Source: an uncultured Candidatus Saccharibacteria bacterium (GTDB taxonomy: Bacteria; Patescibacteriota; Minisyncoccia; Phycocordibacterales; DATDWN01). From it: 64,000 bases of DNA. The stretch covers positions 77,378-141,377 of the forward strand of contig CAYRRP010000003.1 of assembly GCA_964426735.1 (NCBI GenBank), in the 5' to 3' direction. Numbering within the stretch: position 1 is the first letter of the stretch; every line of letters starts with the position of its first letter. Below the pieces are notes generated by a model. The model searched no databases, was not told where the DNA came from, and was given only the letters and a program-made list of their open reading frames with translations. Shown piece after piece: positions 1-8,307 of this stretch. Made by a program: the position numbers and the translations under genes.

Positions 1-1075
1 CTTTCTCTCCTGTTGTTGAGTTATAGATATATGAACCTGATTCTACAGTACCTGAGTACACACGGAAGAATGTCAGCTGTCCTACGAATGGGTCTGTCTG
101 GAGTTTGAAGGCAAGCGCAGCAAACGGTTCTTCATCAGACGCTTTTCGAGTAATCTCATCACCGGTTACTGGATCTGTTCCATGTACTGGTGGAATATCG
201 AGTGGACAAGGGAGATAGTCTACCACTGCATCAAGTACGAGCTGTACACCTTTGTTTTTAAGTGCTGAACCAGTAAATACAGGGAAAAGTTTGTTTGCAA
301 TAACCGCTTTTCGAATCACCGCTTTCAATTCATCAATTGAAAATTCTTTTCCTTCGAGATATCCAGACATCATTGCATCATCAAACTCCACTGCTTTTTC
401 TACAAGCTCTGCTCGATATTTGGTTGCGTCTGCCATGTATTCAGCAGGAATTTCTGCTTCTCTAATAGAGTTACCCATATCACCTTCAAAGTAATATGCT
501 TTCATCTTCAAAAGATCGATTACCGCTTCAAAGTTTGATTCTTCTCCAATTGGAAGCTGCATTCGCACTGCGTTTTTGTTGAGTCGCTCTACGATTGATT
601 TAAATGATCGGTCAAACGATCCTCCTGTTCGGTCAAGTTTGTTGATGAAACAGATTCGAGGTACGTGATATTTATCAGCTTGTCGCCATACAGTCTCAGA
701 CTGAGGCTCCACACCTGCCACACCGTCAAATACTACCACTCCACCGTCAAGCACCTTCAATGATCGCTCCACCTCTACGGTAAAGTCCACGTGACCAGGA
801 GTGTCGATGATATTGAATCGCTGTTTCTTTGATGTATTCGTACCCATATATGTTGGATTCCAGAAACAGGTAATAGCCGCAGCAGTGATCGTAATACCAC
901 GCTCTTTTTCCTGTTCCATCCAGTCAGTGGTTGCTGCACCATCGTGCACCTCACCGATTTTGTGAGACATACCTGTGTAATACAGGATACGTTCTGATGT
1001 AGTAGTCTTACCTGCATCAATGTGAGCAATAATACCGAAGTTTCGTACTCTCTCGAGTGGATAATCGCGATTCAT
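1..1075 (-). CDS. fusA: Elongation factor G, N-terminal ~358 aa (gene continues beyond the left window edge)
   Basis: Absent from the ORF track because its stop lies outside the window. Manual translation from ATG 1075 gives [35 protein letters not shown]...[20 protein letters not shown] (GTPase G1 AHIDAGKT, G3 DTPGH). It follows rpsL-rpsG as in str operons. Confidence 0.95.
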   Translation of the reverse strand, partial: MNRDYPLERVRNFGIIAHIDAGKTTTSERILYYTGMSHKIGEVHDGAATTDWMEQEKERGITITAAAITCFWNPTYMGTNTSKKQRFNIIDTPGHVDFTVEVERSLKVLDGGVVVFDGVAGVEPQSETVWRQADKYHVPRICFINKLDRTGGSFDRSFKSIVERLNKNAVRMQLPIGEESNFEAVIDLLKMKAYYFEGDMGNSIREAEIPAEYMADATKYRAELVEKAVEFDDAMMSGYLEGKEFSIDELKAVIRKAVIANKLFPVFTGSALKNKGVQLVLDAVVDYLPCPLDIPPVHGTDPVTGDEITRKASDEEPFAALAFKLQTDPFVGQLTFFRVYSGTVESGSYIYNSTTGEK

Positions 1076-1185
1076 ATATAAAATGATTAATGATTAAGTT
1101 GTACCTTATAAAAATCAACACGAAAAACCGTGAGATGATTTAATACCCCAAACTATATACTAAAAGTGCCCTGTGGGCAACTTAG

Positions 1186-1214
1186 TTGACATATATTTTG
1201 TACATGTTTAAATA
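1186..1214 (+). promoter_or_regulatory. Sigma70-like promoter TTGACA-17-TAAATA, antisense to the str operon
   Basis: TTGACA 1186-1191, 17-nt spacer, TAAATA 1209-1214. The expected start is about 6-7 nt downstream at A1221. Confidence 0.5.
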
Positions 1215-1220
1215 GTCTTC

Positions 1221-1503
1221 ATGCCTGTTCTTTCAACAACCACCCCCTCAGAGACAGTGTCTTTCGCTACAGACGAAGAAGCTTGGTACAATGGGAATCG
1301 CGTATTCATCGTCATGGAGGTAAGTCGCCGACTCAGACCCAACGAGCCCTCTTACAAAGTCCGCAAAGGACTCACCACCTTCACGGTCTCGCACAGCGAG
1401 CTCTCCCGGACAAGGCACTAGCACCTATTTCTCCAACCTCGCCTCCCCTTTACCGGGGAGGCGTCAACTTATACAAAAAGCACCCCGAGAAGGGTGTTTT
1501 TTT
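1221..1503 (+). ncRNA. Candidate ~280-nt structured RNA of unknown family (alternative: leaderless 66-aa ORF 1221..1421)
   Basis: Bounded by the promoter above and an intrinsic terminator. By eye it is clearly more GC-rich than its flanks. It has several perfect hairpins (GCCUCCCC/GGGGAGGC 1441-1462, GUCC/GGAC, CUCGC/GCGAG, GACGAAGAA/UUCAUCGUC). One G.U pair is tolerated only on the + strand. Confidence 0.4.
1475..1503 (+). terminator. Intrinsic terminator (usable in both directions)
   Basis: CACCC-cgagaa-GGGTG followed by T7 on the + strand. An A-run upstream gives CTTTTTGT on the minus strand after rpsG. Confidence 0.7.
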
Positions 1504-1630
1504 ATCTGGGTGAGGATTTTTGTTCGAGTTCGAAGGACGGAACTTTTCTCTTGACCAAGATGTAGATTGACTACTTCGCGGGAAAGAGAAAAGTGAGTAC
1601 CGAAGAAATCGGACAAAAAGACCAGCCAGA

Positions 1631-2101
1631 TTACCAGGCGAAGTGAGCAAACGCTTTGTTGGCTTCAGCCATCTTATGAGTGTTTTCTCGTTTCTTTACT
1701 GCTTCACCTTCATTTTTAGCTGCAAGCATGATTTCTTCCGCAAGCTTTTCTGCCATAGGAGAACCTTTTTTAGATCGAGCTGCTTCTACAATCCATTTCA
1801 TTGAAAGATAGTTTCGTCGCTCAGGTCGAACTTCTCGAGGGATTTGGTAGTTTGCACCTCCCACTCGTCGTGATCGTACTTCCATCAAAGGACCTGTGTT
1901 TTTGAGTGCTGTATCAAACACTTCCATAGGATCCTCTACCTTTGCCTTTTCTTTAATATTTTCGAGTGCACCGTATACGATACCTCGCGCAGTCTCCTTC
2001 TGACCTCGTTCCATTACATAGTTAATAAACTTAGAGATTTTCTCTGAGTTATATACGTGGTCGGGAGACACCATATTTCGATTTGTTACTTTTCGTCGCA
2101 T
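1631..2101 (-). CDS. rpsG: 30S ribosomal protein S7
   Basis: 156 aa, with ...RSRRVGGANYQIPREVRPERR...KKRENTHKMAEANKAFAHF typical of S7. Located in the str operon. Confidence 0.97.
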   Translation of the reverse strand: MRRKVTNRNMVSPDHVYNSEKISKFINYVMERGQKETARGIVYGALENIKEKAKVEDPMEVFDTALKNTGPLMEVRSRRVGGANYQIPREVRPERRNYLSMKWIVEAARSKKGSPMAEKLAEEIMLAAKNEGEAVKKRENTHKMAEANKAFAHFAW

Positions 2102-2181
2102 GTTTGTTTAGTCATTAGTCATTAGTTGATAGTCATGAGTTATTCTTCCTATGGACTGTCTACTATTGACTGTTATCTAGT

Positions 2182-2607
2182 TTATTTTTTAGCTGCTCCA
2201 CCTTTAGCTTTCTTAGCACCGTATCGACTTCGAGATTTACCTCGTTTGTCTACACCAGTCGCATCGAGTACACCTCGAACGATCTGATATCGAAGTCCTA
2301 CGTCTTTTACCTTTCCACCTCGGAGCATTACCACTGAGTGTTCCTGAAGTGTGTGACCCATACCTGGGATGTACGCAGTAACTTCCATACCGTTTGAAAG
2401 TCTTACTCGGGCAATCTTTCGAATCGCTGAGTTAGGCTTCTTTGGAGTCTTTGTGGTTACTTTTGTACAAACCCCTCGTTTAAAAGGTGATGAATAAAAA
2501 ATAGGTCGGTTCTTAAGTACGTTAAAACCGCGAGTAAGCGCAACAGAGCGCACTTTTCGCTTTACGTTTGAACGGCTTTTCTTTACTAATTGATTTATCG
2601 TTGACAT
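2182..2607 (-). CDS. rpsL: 30S ribosomal protein S12
   Basis: 141 aa, with [19 protein letters not shown]...[21 protein letters not shown], the S12 signature. Confidence 0.97.
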   Translation of the reverse strand: MSTINQLVKKSRSNVKRKVRSVALTRGFNVLKNRPIFYSSPFKRGVCTKVTTKTPKKPNSAIRKIARVRLSNGMEVTAYIPGMGHTLQEHSVVMLRGGKVKDVGLRYQIVRGVLDATGVDKRGKSRSRYGAKKAKGGAAKK

Positions 2608-2695
2608 TGACCGTTATCCTAATACATTTGTACTAATATTGCAAGCTGTGTGCTTCTGGTACGTCCATATTTGACGAACTCCTTTATTGGACTGC

Positions 2696-2741
2696 AAAAA
2701 ATAATTTCCACCGTACAACGAGTACGTCTACAATTATTTTT
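2696..2741. repeat. Short member of the imperfect-palindrome intergenic element family
   Basis: AAAAATAATT..CCGTAC-AACGA-GTACG..AATTATTTTT. It has 10-bp outer arms and a GTAC apex with the same AACGA loop as the element at 46215-46320. Confidence 0.5.
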
Positions 2742-2796
2742 CTGGTCCGCCTCGGATTTCAATCAAATCTGAACATCCTCCGAGTTAAACTTATAC

Positions 2797-2843
2797 AAAA
2801 AAAGCCTTGTGCAGGAGGGAGCAAAGCTCCCTCCCACAACAAG
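2797..2843 (-). terminator. Intrinsic terminator downstream of the M50 protease gene
   Basis: Perfect 9-bp stem GGAGGGAGC-aaa-GCTCCCTCC (2813-2834), extended by CTTGTG/CACAAG. It is followed by T7 on the minus strand. Confidence 0.7.
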
Positions 2844-2915
2844 ACATCGATTTTTTCCGACCTTTAAGGGTCAGGCCTCCCGCAATCGTAGTTAGGAGGC
2901 TATTATAACATACAT

Positions 2916-2974
2916 AACCGAAGAACCGAAGAACCGAAGAACCGAAGAACCGAAGAACCGAAGAACCGATGAAC
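2916..2974. repeat. Tandem 8-bp repeat (AACCGAAG), 6 exact copies plus a degenerate seventh
   Basis: Direct reading: aaccgaag repeated from 2916 and ending aaccgatgaac. It produces the spurious ORF 2791..2979 (FGSSVLRFFGSSVLRF). Confidence 0.95.
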
Positions 2975-3050
2975 TGCACAGTGCAGACTGAGAGCTTCAG
3001 ATGAAGCTTTCTGCAAAGAATAGTACACCCCCCTCAAAATTTGTCAAGTG

Positions 3051-3671
3051 CTACATCCCTACTCCAGTAATCATCTTAAAAAAGAAACTTACCACCGGGG
3101 AAAGGAACTGAGACAAGAAAAACACAAAGAAAATGAGGATTGTGATACTGTAAGCTTCCATAGTAGTTCTGATATGTGCCATGTTGTAAGGCAAAAAGGC
3201 AAAAAGTATCTTTGATCCATCAAGTGGTGGGATAGGTACCAGGTTAAAACACGCAAGAACAAGGTTAATTATCGTGATAGTAGCTGATATATGAATAAAA
3301 TCACTCGATAGCGTCAAAATGCCAGTAGATGCAAGTCGGATAATAAGCCCGAAAAACACTGCAATACATATATTAATGAATGGCCCCGCAAAAGCGACAA
3401 TAGCTTCGCCCCATTTTTGATTCCTCAAGTTATAGGGATTAAACGGCACAGGCTTTGCCCAGCCGATGATGAATCCCCCAAGCTGATATGACAAGAATGG
3501 GAGAATCACAGACCCAAACCACTCTAAATGCTTAAGTGGATTGAGAGTGAGGCGTCCCTGGAAGCGAGCTGTATTGTCCCCTTGCAGATACGCTGCATAC
3601 CCATGAGCTACTTCATGGGCAACCACTGAAAACATTAGTATAAGTAATGAAAAGATAAAATCGATTTGCAT
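3051..3671 (-). CDS. Site-2 protease family (peptidase M50) membrane metalloprotease
   Basis: 206 aa and polytopic. It carries HEVAHG (HExxH) in the first TM region and NLVPIPPLDGSK (NxxPxxxLDG) later. Confidence 0.85.
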   Translation of the reverse strand: MQIDFIFSLLILMFSVVAHEVAHGYAAYLQGDNTARFQGRLTLNPLKHLEWFGSVILPFLSYQLGGFIIGWAKPVPFNPYNLRNQKWGEAIVAFAGPFINICIAVFFGLIIRLASTGILTLSSDFIHISATITIINLVLACFNLVPIPPLDGSKILFAFLPYNMAHIRTTMEAYSITILIFFVFFLSQFLSPVVSFFFKMITGVGM

Positions 3672-3711
3672 ATTGGTAAAATTATGCTACCATATTCCCA
3701 CATACAAATAT

Positions 3712-3954
3712 ATGGCTAAAGCATGTCCAATAACTAAAAAGAGTTCTCAGCTCCAGGGCGGATACTCAAACCGAACTCGTGCAACCAAGTTCAACCCAAC
3801 TGGTATCGTACGAAAATACGCAAATCTTCAGAAAAAGAAGATCTATATTCCTGAACTCAAAAAGAGTATCACTATGGAGCTCTCTACTCGAGCGATCAAG
3901 ACTATGCAGAAGAATGGCGTGTATGCGACCCTCAAAAAAGCTAACTTGGTGTAG
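3712..3954 (+). CDS. rpmB: 50S ribosomal protein L28
   Basis: MAKACPITKKSSQLQGGYSNRTRATKFNP...LQKKKIYIPE is L28-like. I prefer the in-frame ATG 3712 over the TTG at 3673 used by the track. Confidence 0.85.
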   Translation: MAKACPITKKSSQLQGGYSNRTRATKFNPTGIVRKYANLQKKKIYIPELKKSITMELSTRAIKTMQKNGVYATLKKANLV

Positions 3955-3968
3955 CAAATAACGGCTCT

Positions 3969-4081
3969 GGTCTTTTTCTCGCATCTCATCTTCTAAAATT
4001 GTAAAAATAATTCTCACCTGCGCACTCAGGCAGGTTCAAATTATTTTTAAATTTTATAAGCGACCTGCGCGAAAAATCCTC
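3969..4081. repeat. Imperfect-palindrome intergenic element (same subfamily as 46215-46320, opposite orientation)
   Basis: The reverse complement aligns with 46215-46320. Shared blocks are TTTCGC..AGGTCGCTTAT.AAATTT.AAAATA and AATTT.AGAAGATGAGAT. Confidence 0.5.
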
Positions 4082-4112
4082 AAAGATTCTTTATATGATA
4101 TAATATGCGCAT

Positions 4113-4349
4113 ATGAAGGAAAATAAGGCAAAAGAACAAATATTTTCTGTAATCTACGAACCTGCACCAGAAGGTGGTTTTGTTGTGTCTGTACCGAGTC
4201 TACCTGGTTGTTACTCTGAAGGAGAGACTTTAGAAGAAGCTCAGAAAAATATCCAAGAAGCTATTGAACTCTATATTGAAAATTCAAAAGAAATCACCAA
4301 CTCCCATCATATAAATCCTATTATTGGCACTGTTTCGGTATATGCCTAA
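4113..4349 (+). CDS. hicB: HicB-family antitoxin (UPF0150 fold)
   Basis: 78 aa. The segment YEPAPEGGFVVSVPSLPGCYSEGETLEEAQKNIQEAIELYIE is typical of HicB. It overlaps the downstream toxin gene by 8 nt. Confidence 0.8.
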   Translation: MKENKAKEQIFSVIYEPAPEGGFVVSVPSLPGCYSEGETLEEAQKNIQEAIELYIENSKEITNSHHINPIIGTVSVYA

Positions 4350-4548
4350 AATACCTCTTCTCACAGATAAAGAGATTATTAGTTTGATTGAAAAGCAAGG
4401 TTTCGTATTCCTCCGACAAAAAGGTAGTCATAAAATCTTTCGGAAAGAAGGAAAGAGTATTGTCGTACCTTGTCACAACAAACAGCTCAAACGAGGTCTT
4501 ACAGCAAAAATCTTAAAAGATGCAGGTATTGATCCGGAAAAACTCTGA
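4342..4548 (+). CDS. hicA: HicA-family mRNA interferase toxin
   Basis: MPKIPLLTDKEIISLIEKQGFVFLRQKGSHKIFRKEGKSIVVPCHNK matches the HicA/YcfA pattern. The start is moved to ATG 4342, in frame with track ORF 4324. Confidence 0.8.
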   Translation: MPKIPLLTDKEIISLIEKQGFVFLRQKGSHKIFRKEGKSIVVPCHNKQLKRGLTAKILKDAGIDPEKL

Positions 4549-4555
4549 AAGCACG

Positions 4556-5431
4556 CTACTTTCTTATAAATCTTTTTCCATCTGACTCAAACACAATCGT
4601 CCCCTCATCCATCGTCACTAAAATCTCCACGTTGTTACTTTTTAAGGTCTCAAGTGTGGCTTGTTTTGGATGTCCGTATGAATTATCTTTTCCAGCAGAA
4701 ATAATCGCAACCTCCGGACTGACTGCTTTTACAAACTCATCTCCTGTTGATGTGTCTGAACCATGATGCGCCACCTTGAGTATATCGGCATCTACATACT
4801 CTTTATATTGGCTTACAATATACTGCTCTATATTTTTTGTCGTATCACCTGTCAACATAATAGACGTATCTTTATACACAAGTCGTGCAACAAGAGAACC
4901 TTCGTTATGTGACACATCTTCGACATCTCTATCAGGGAAGATAATATCAATATATGCACCTCCTCCAAGCAAAATCTTTTGCCCTGTTCGCCCAATCAAC
5001 ACAGGAATCTCTTGTTCTACAAGAATACGCTTAAATTCTTGATATATTGGATTATTGTCAGCTTTCACACCAGGCTCAAGGACTGCTTCAACATCGTACC
5101 GCGACAGAAGCGGTATAAAACCTTCAAAATGATCCCTATCAGGATTAGTTACGATAATCATGTCTATACTTCTATCAATCAGTGGCATTTGTGTAGCAAC
5201 TTCAGAGACAAGCGCACTGCCTGGTCCACCATCAATCACAACCTGATTGCCTGTCGGTGACTCAATAAAAATAGCATCACCTTGTCCTACATCAAGAAAT
5301 GCAACTCGAAGTGGACGTTCTCGTGTTTGAAATACAAAAAATAATACTGCAATTACACACACAAAAAGTGTAAAGAGTGTATATATTTTCCAATAGGTAT
5401 GGATATTTTCTTTAATCCAGTTTTTATTCAT
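4556..5431 (-). CDS. Stand-alone ComEC/Rec2-type metallo-beta-lactamase domain protein with an N-terminal TM anchor
   Basis: 291 aa. It carries VAFLDVGQGDAIFIESPTGNQVVIDGG, TNPDRDHFEGF and KVAHHGS, as in the C-terminal MBL module of ComEC. Confidence 0.8.
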   Translation of the reverse strand: MNKNWIKENIHTYWKIYTLFTLFVCVIAVLFFVFQTRERPLRVAFLDVGQGDAIFIESPTGNQVVIDGGPGSALVSEVATQMPLIDRSIDMIIVTNPDRDHFEGFIPLLSRYDVEAVLEPGVKADNNPIYQEFKRILVEQEIPVLIGRTGQKILLGGGAYIDIIFPDRDVEDVSHNEGSLVARLVYKDTSIMLTGDTTKNIEQYIVSQYKEYVDADILKVAHHGSDTSTGDEFVKAVSPEVAIISAGKDNSYGHPKQATLETLKSNNVEILVTMDEGTIVFESDGKRFIRK

Positions 5432-5577
5432 AGCTATGATATAGTATAACAGTTCAATTAAATTACGGAATGAATCCTGTTAGAAATCACGGAAATCAAT
5501 ATAACGGGAAATAATATATTATTAGTTTAACTTTATAGGAAACATAAACCACTTTATGATTTCCTATTTCTAATGAG

Positions 5578-6171
5578 ATGAAAACATTTGAAGAAATGAA
5601 ATTTAATATCGGCGAGCTTATCGGTATTTCTACCGACTCAGTTACCGAACACCTCAAGCTCTACGCTGGATATGTAAAACATGCCAACCTTATCATTTCT
5701 AAAATCGAAGAAATGAGTAAAGATTCAGAAACAAATGCATATGCACTTGGCGAGCTTCAACGACGTTTTGGTTTTGAATTTGATGGTATGAGAAATCACG
5801 AATATTATTTCAAATCACTCGTTGGTGGTGCAACAGCAATCACCGAAGGTGGCGCGCTTCATACTGCAATCGTTGAAGAATTCGGTTCGTTTGATGCATG
5901 GTTTGCACGTTTTAAAGCAGTAGCACTCACTCGTGGTATTGGCTGGGCAATGCTCTACTACGATAAAACAACTGGACGACTTTTAAATGCATGGGTAGAC
6001 GAACAACACCTCGGACATCTCACCGGACTCTCACCTATTCTTGCGCTTGATGTATGGGAACATGCATTTGTACCTGACTACAAAGCATCTGGGAAAAAAG
6101 CATACGTTGAAGATTTTTTCAAAAATCTCAATTGGTCTGTGATTGAAGAAAATTTCAAAAACGCACAATAG
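5578..6171 (+). CDS. Fe/Mn superoxide dismutase family protein (divergent N-terminus)
   Basis: DVWEHAF and MRNHEYYF ligand motifs are present. Only one His lies in the usual HHxKHH region. Confidence 0.8.
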   Translation: MKTFEEMKFNIGELIGISTDSVTEHLKLYAGYVKHANLIISKIEEMSKDSETNAYALGELQRRFGFEFDGMRNHEYYFKSLVGGATAITEGGALHTAIVEEFGSFDAWFARFKAVALTRGIGWAMLYYDKTTGRLLNAWVDEQHLGHLTGLSPILALDVWEHAFVPDYKASGKKAYVEDFFKNLNWSVIEENFKNAQ

Positions 6172-6473
6172 TTGACTTGTGGCGTGTTTATATATAGTCT
6201 CTACTATAGACTATGCAGGATTTTCATTTTTACAACATCTTGCTCGAGTTTATGTTGAGAGGACCGGTAAATGTCGCAGCACCTTGTACACCTGTGGTCG
6301 ACCCTTTCTCGACTATCCTCGAGGATGCAGTCTCCGCAGTAAATACGTGCATCCAAAAAACCCCTCTTAACAAACAAGAAAAACAACATAACACATCCCG
6401 TCGACGAGCATTACGCGAAAGTCGAGGGAGGGTTTACAGAAAACTCTGACACATGATGTGTTGGAGTTTTTTC
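6172..6473 (+). ncRNA. Candidate ~270-nt RNA of unknown family (TAG-TTGACT promoter to intrinsic terminator)
   Basis: TTGACT 6172-6177 lies directly after the SOD stop, with -10 candidates TATAGT/TAGTCT at 6193-6200. A GC-richer structured interior ends at a strand-specific terminator. Confidence 0.35.
6444..6473 (+). terminator. Intrinsic terminator, + strand specific
   Basis: CUCUGACAC-augau-GUGUUGGAG is a 9-bp stem with two G.U pairs that would be C.A mismatches on the other strand. It is followed by UUUUUUCUU. Confidence 0.75.
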
Positions 6474-6520
6474 TTGCATATAGAAAATATTTTGATAGTG
6501 TGTAACAAGGAGTCACTACG

Positions 6521-6754
6521 ATGAAAGATAACGGTACTGAAGACTTAGAGATGTTCCCTGAAGATCTCGAGTCAGATATTTTCTCAATTATGGGCTACTT
6601 AGCTCAGGAGCTATCGCCACACACCACGCCTGAAGGATTGGTTGAGAATTGTGCACGCGCAACAGGTGTCAGCCCACACTTTGTTCGCGAACTTCTTGTG
6701 GATTGCAGACGTGAATTTTTTAGCAAACTGGTTGTAAAAACACAAGCACCTTAA
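6521..6754 (+). CDS. Hypothetical small acidic protein
   Basis: 77 aa. A canonical AAGGAG lies 8 nt upstream of the ATG. No recognisable domain. Confidence 0.55.
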   Translation: MKDNGTEDLEMFPEDLESDIFSIMGYLAQELSPHTTPEGLVENCARATGVSPHFVRELLVDCRREFFSKLVVKTQAP

Positions 6755-8307
6755 TATCCCACAACCGAATCATCCCCTGAGCGTGGCTCCGCCACACTCA
6801 GGTTTTGTTTTTTATGAAAACGATAGAGAATGAAACCAAAAACTACATAACATACAACTAACCAAAACACAGGAATGTATGGTACATGAATATTTGCAAA
6901 CGGAAGTTTTGAAACACTTTCCGCAATAAATATATCCCACGAGAGAAGAAGATATGTTGGTATTCCTGGAATCAATCCCAAAAAACGTGAGACGAAGCCA
7001 GCTATCGCCGTACAGAAACCGAGAAGCATGGTCAGTGGTACAAATGGAAGTACGACAAAGTTTGCAGGAAATGCAAACACTCCAAAATTTCCAGACATGT
7101 ACACAATATATGGAAGCACAGAAAACTGAGCTCCCAGTGTGGTTGCAGACAATTCCCTTAGTCCATATTTTTCAGTAATAAAAGAAATATGTTTTAAAAC
7201 AATCGGTGCAACATACATCACACCAATAGTTGCTAACACAGATAGATGGAATGATGGATCATATAACAATATAAATGGATTCCACATAACCATCCCCCAT
7301 ACCGCAAGCAGTAGTGCACGTGACACATTGTACGTCTTATGGAATTGCTTCCCTAAAAGCGCAATACTCGCCATAATACCTGCGCGCACTGCTGAAGCTC
7401 CACTCCCTGCCATCAATACAAAAAATATAACACCAAAAAGTGATGCTCCAAATGCAAAACGTACTGACACATATTTCATTACCACCAAAATACTTTCAGC
7501 AACAACTGTAATGTTATACCCTGACAATACGATAATATGCGAAAGTCCTGCCGTCCTAAACTGATCTGTAATAGTTTTTGGTAATGCATCAGTCCCCAAC
7601 AAAATTCCCGCCAAAAGCCCTGCTTCCGGCTCAGGAACCACATTTCTGATTGACTCTACAAATCGACGCTTTAAACCAAAAAGTATCGTAAGGATACTCT
7701 TGCCCTCTTCTCCTATTTTCTTAATTGATGCAAAAGAGAGTGTGTGCGTAATAGAGTCTTTAAATAGATACATTTGATAATCAAACATTCTTCCATCATC
7801 CGCCTCGATGCGCCCAGGCACACGAAGTGTCCCCGTAGCCACGACATAATCACCGTACGAAAATTCTGGAAATGCATGTGTACTTAAAAGAACACGAGTA
7901 TCGACTTGTTTAGTGGTGCTCCCAAAAGAAACTTTATCTACACGAAGCATGACTTTCTGCTTTTCTCCATCGGAGACCGGCTCACGCACCACCACTCCAT
8001 GAAGGGCTATATTTTTTGATTCTTGTGTAGGTAGATTTTTTATATCAGGATAGGAAATCATAAACACACGCAGCTGACCGACACACAACCCAATAAAAAA
8101 TATAATCAAAAGATGGGAAACTTTTCGGACATCTTCTGTCTTGGAAAATTTTGCATACACACCAAGTACACCCGCACACAAGAAACACGCTACACACAAA
8201 GCAACAGAGAGATGTATGAATGAAACAGCAACCCCTACCAAACTGGAAATAAAAAACAGTAACATACTGTTACCGTTTCTTAAACTCACTGATAATATTC
8301 TGCTCAT
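6751..8307 (-). CDS. comEC: ComEC/Rec2 DNA-uptake channel (OB/DUF4131-like N-terminus plus polytopic competence domain, no MBL domain)
   Basis: 518 aa. It has an N-terminal TM pair, then a soluble OB-like segment (HGVVVREPV...YVVATGTLRVP), then about 8 TM helices with LLGTDALP...FRTAGLSHIIVLSGYNI. The start may instead be the internal Met at 8265, which would remove the overlap with rnhA. Confidence 0.85.
   Translation of the reverse strand: MSRILSVSLRNGNSMLLFFISSLVGVAVSFIHLSVALCVACFLCAGVLGVYAKFSKTEDVRKVSHLLIIFFIGLCVGQLRVFMISYPDIKNLPTQESKNIALHGVVVREPVSDGEKQKVMLRVDKVSFGSTTKQVDTRVLLSTHAFPEFSYGDYVVATGTLRVPGRIEADDGRMFDYQMYLFKDSITHTLSFASIKKIGEEGKSILTILFGLKRRFVESIRNVVPEPEAGLLAGILLGTDALPKTITDQFRTAGLSHIIVLSGYNITVVAESILVVMKYVSVRFAFGASLFGVIFFVLMAGSGASAVRAGIMASIALLGKQFHKTYNVSRALLLAVWGMVMWNPFILLYDPSFHLSVLATIGVMYVAPIVLKHISFITEKYGLRELSATTLGAQFSVLPYIVYMSGNFGVFAFPANFVVLPFVPLTMLLGFCTAIAGFVSRFLGLIPGIPTYLLLSWDIFIAESVSKLPFANIHVPYIPVFWLVVCYVVFGFILYRFHKKQNLSVAEPRSGDDSVVGY

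Noticed and set aside
1221-1513. Assigning the 1221-1503 unit (and 6172-6473) to RNase P RNA, tmRNA, SRP RNA or 6S RNA.
   Set aside because: Only partial resemblances appear (GGAGGUAAGUC; GGGUUUACAGAA). The paired conserved blocks are missing: GAGGAAAGUCC with ACAGAA..GGCUUA, the GGAA tetraloop/AGCA loop of SRP, and a tRNA-like end with a tag ORF. These units are left as unknown.
2791-2979. 62-aa ORF with FGSSVLRF repeats; I also considered a CRISPR-like array here.
   Set aside because: The ORF is generated by the 8-bp tandem repeat. The units are contiguous with no spacers, so it is not a CRISPR.
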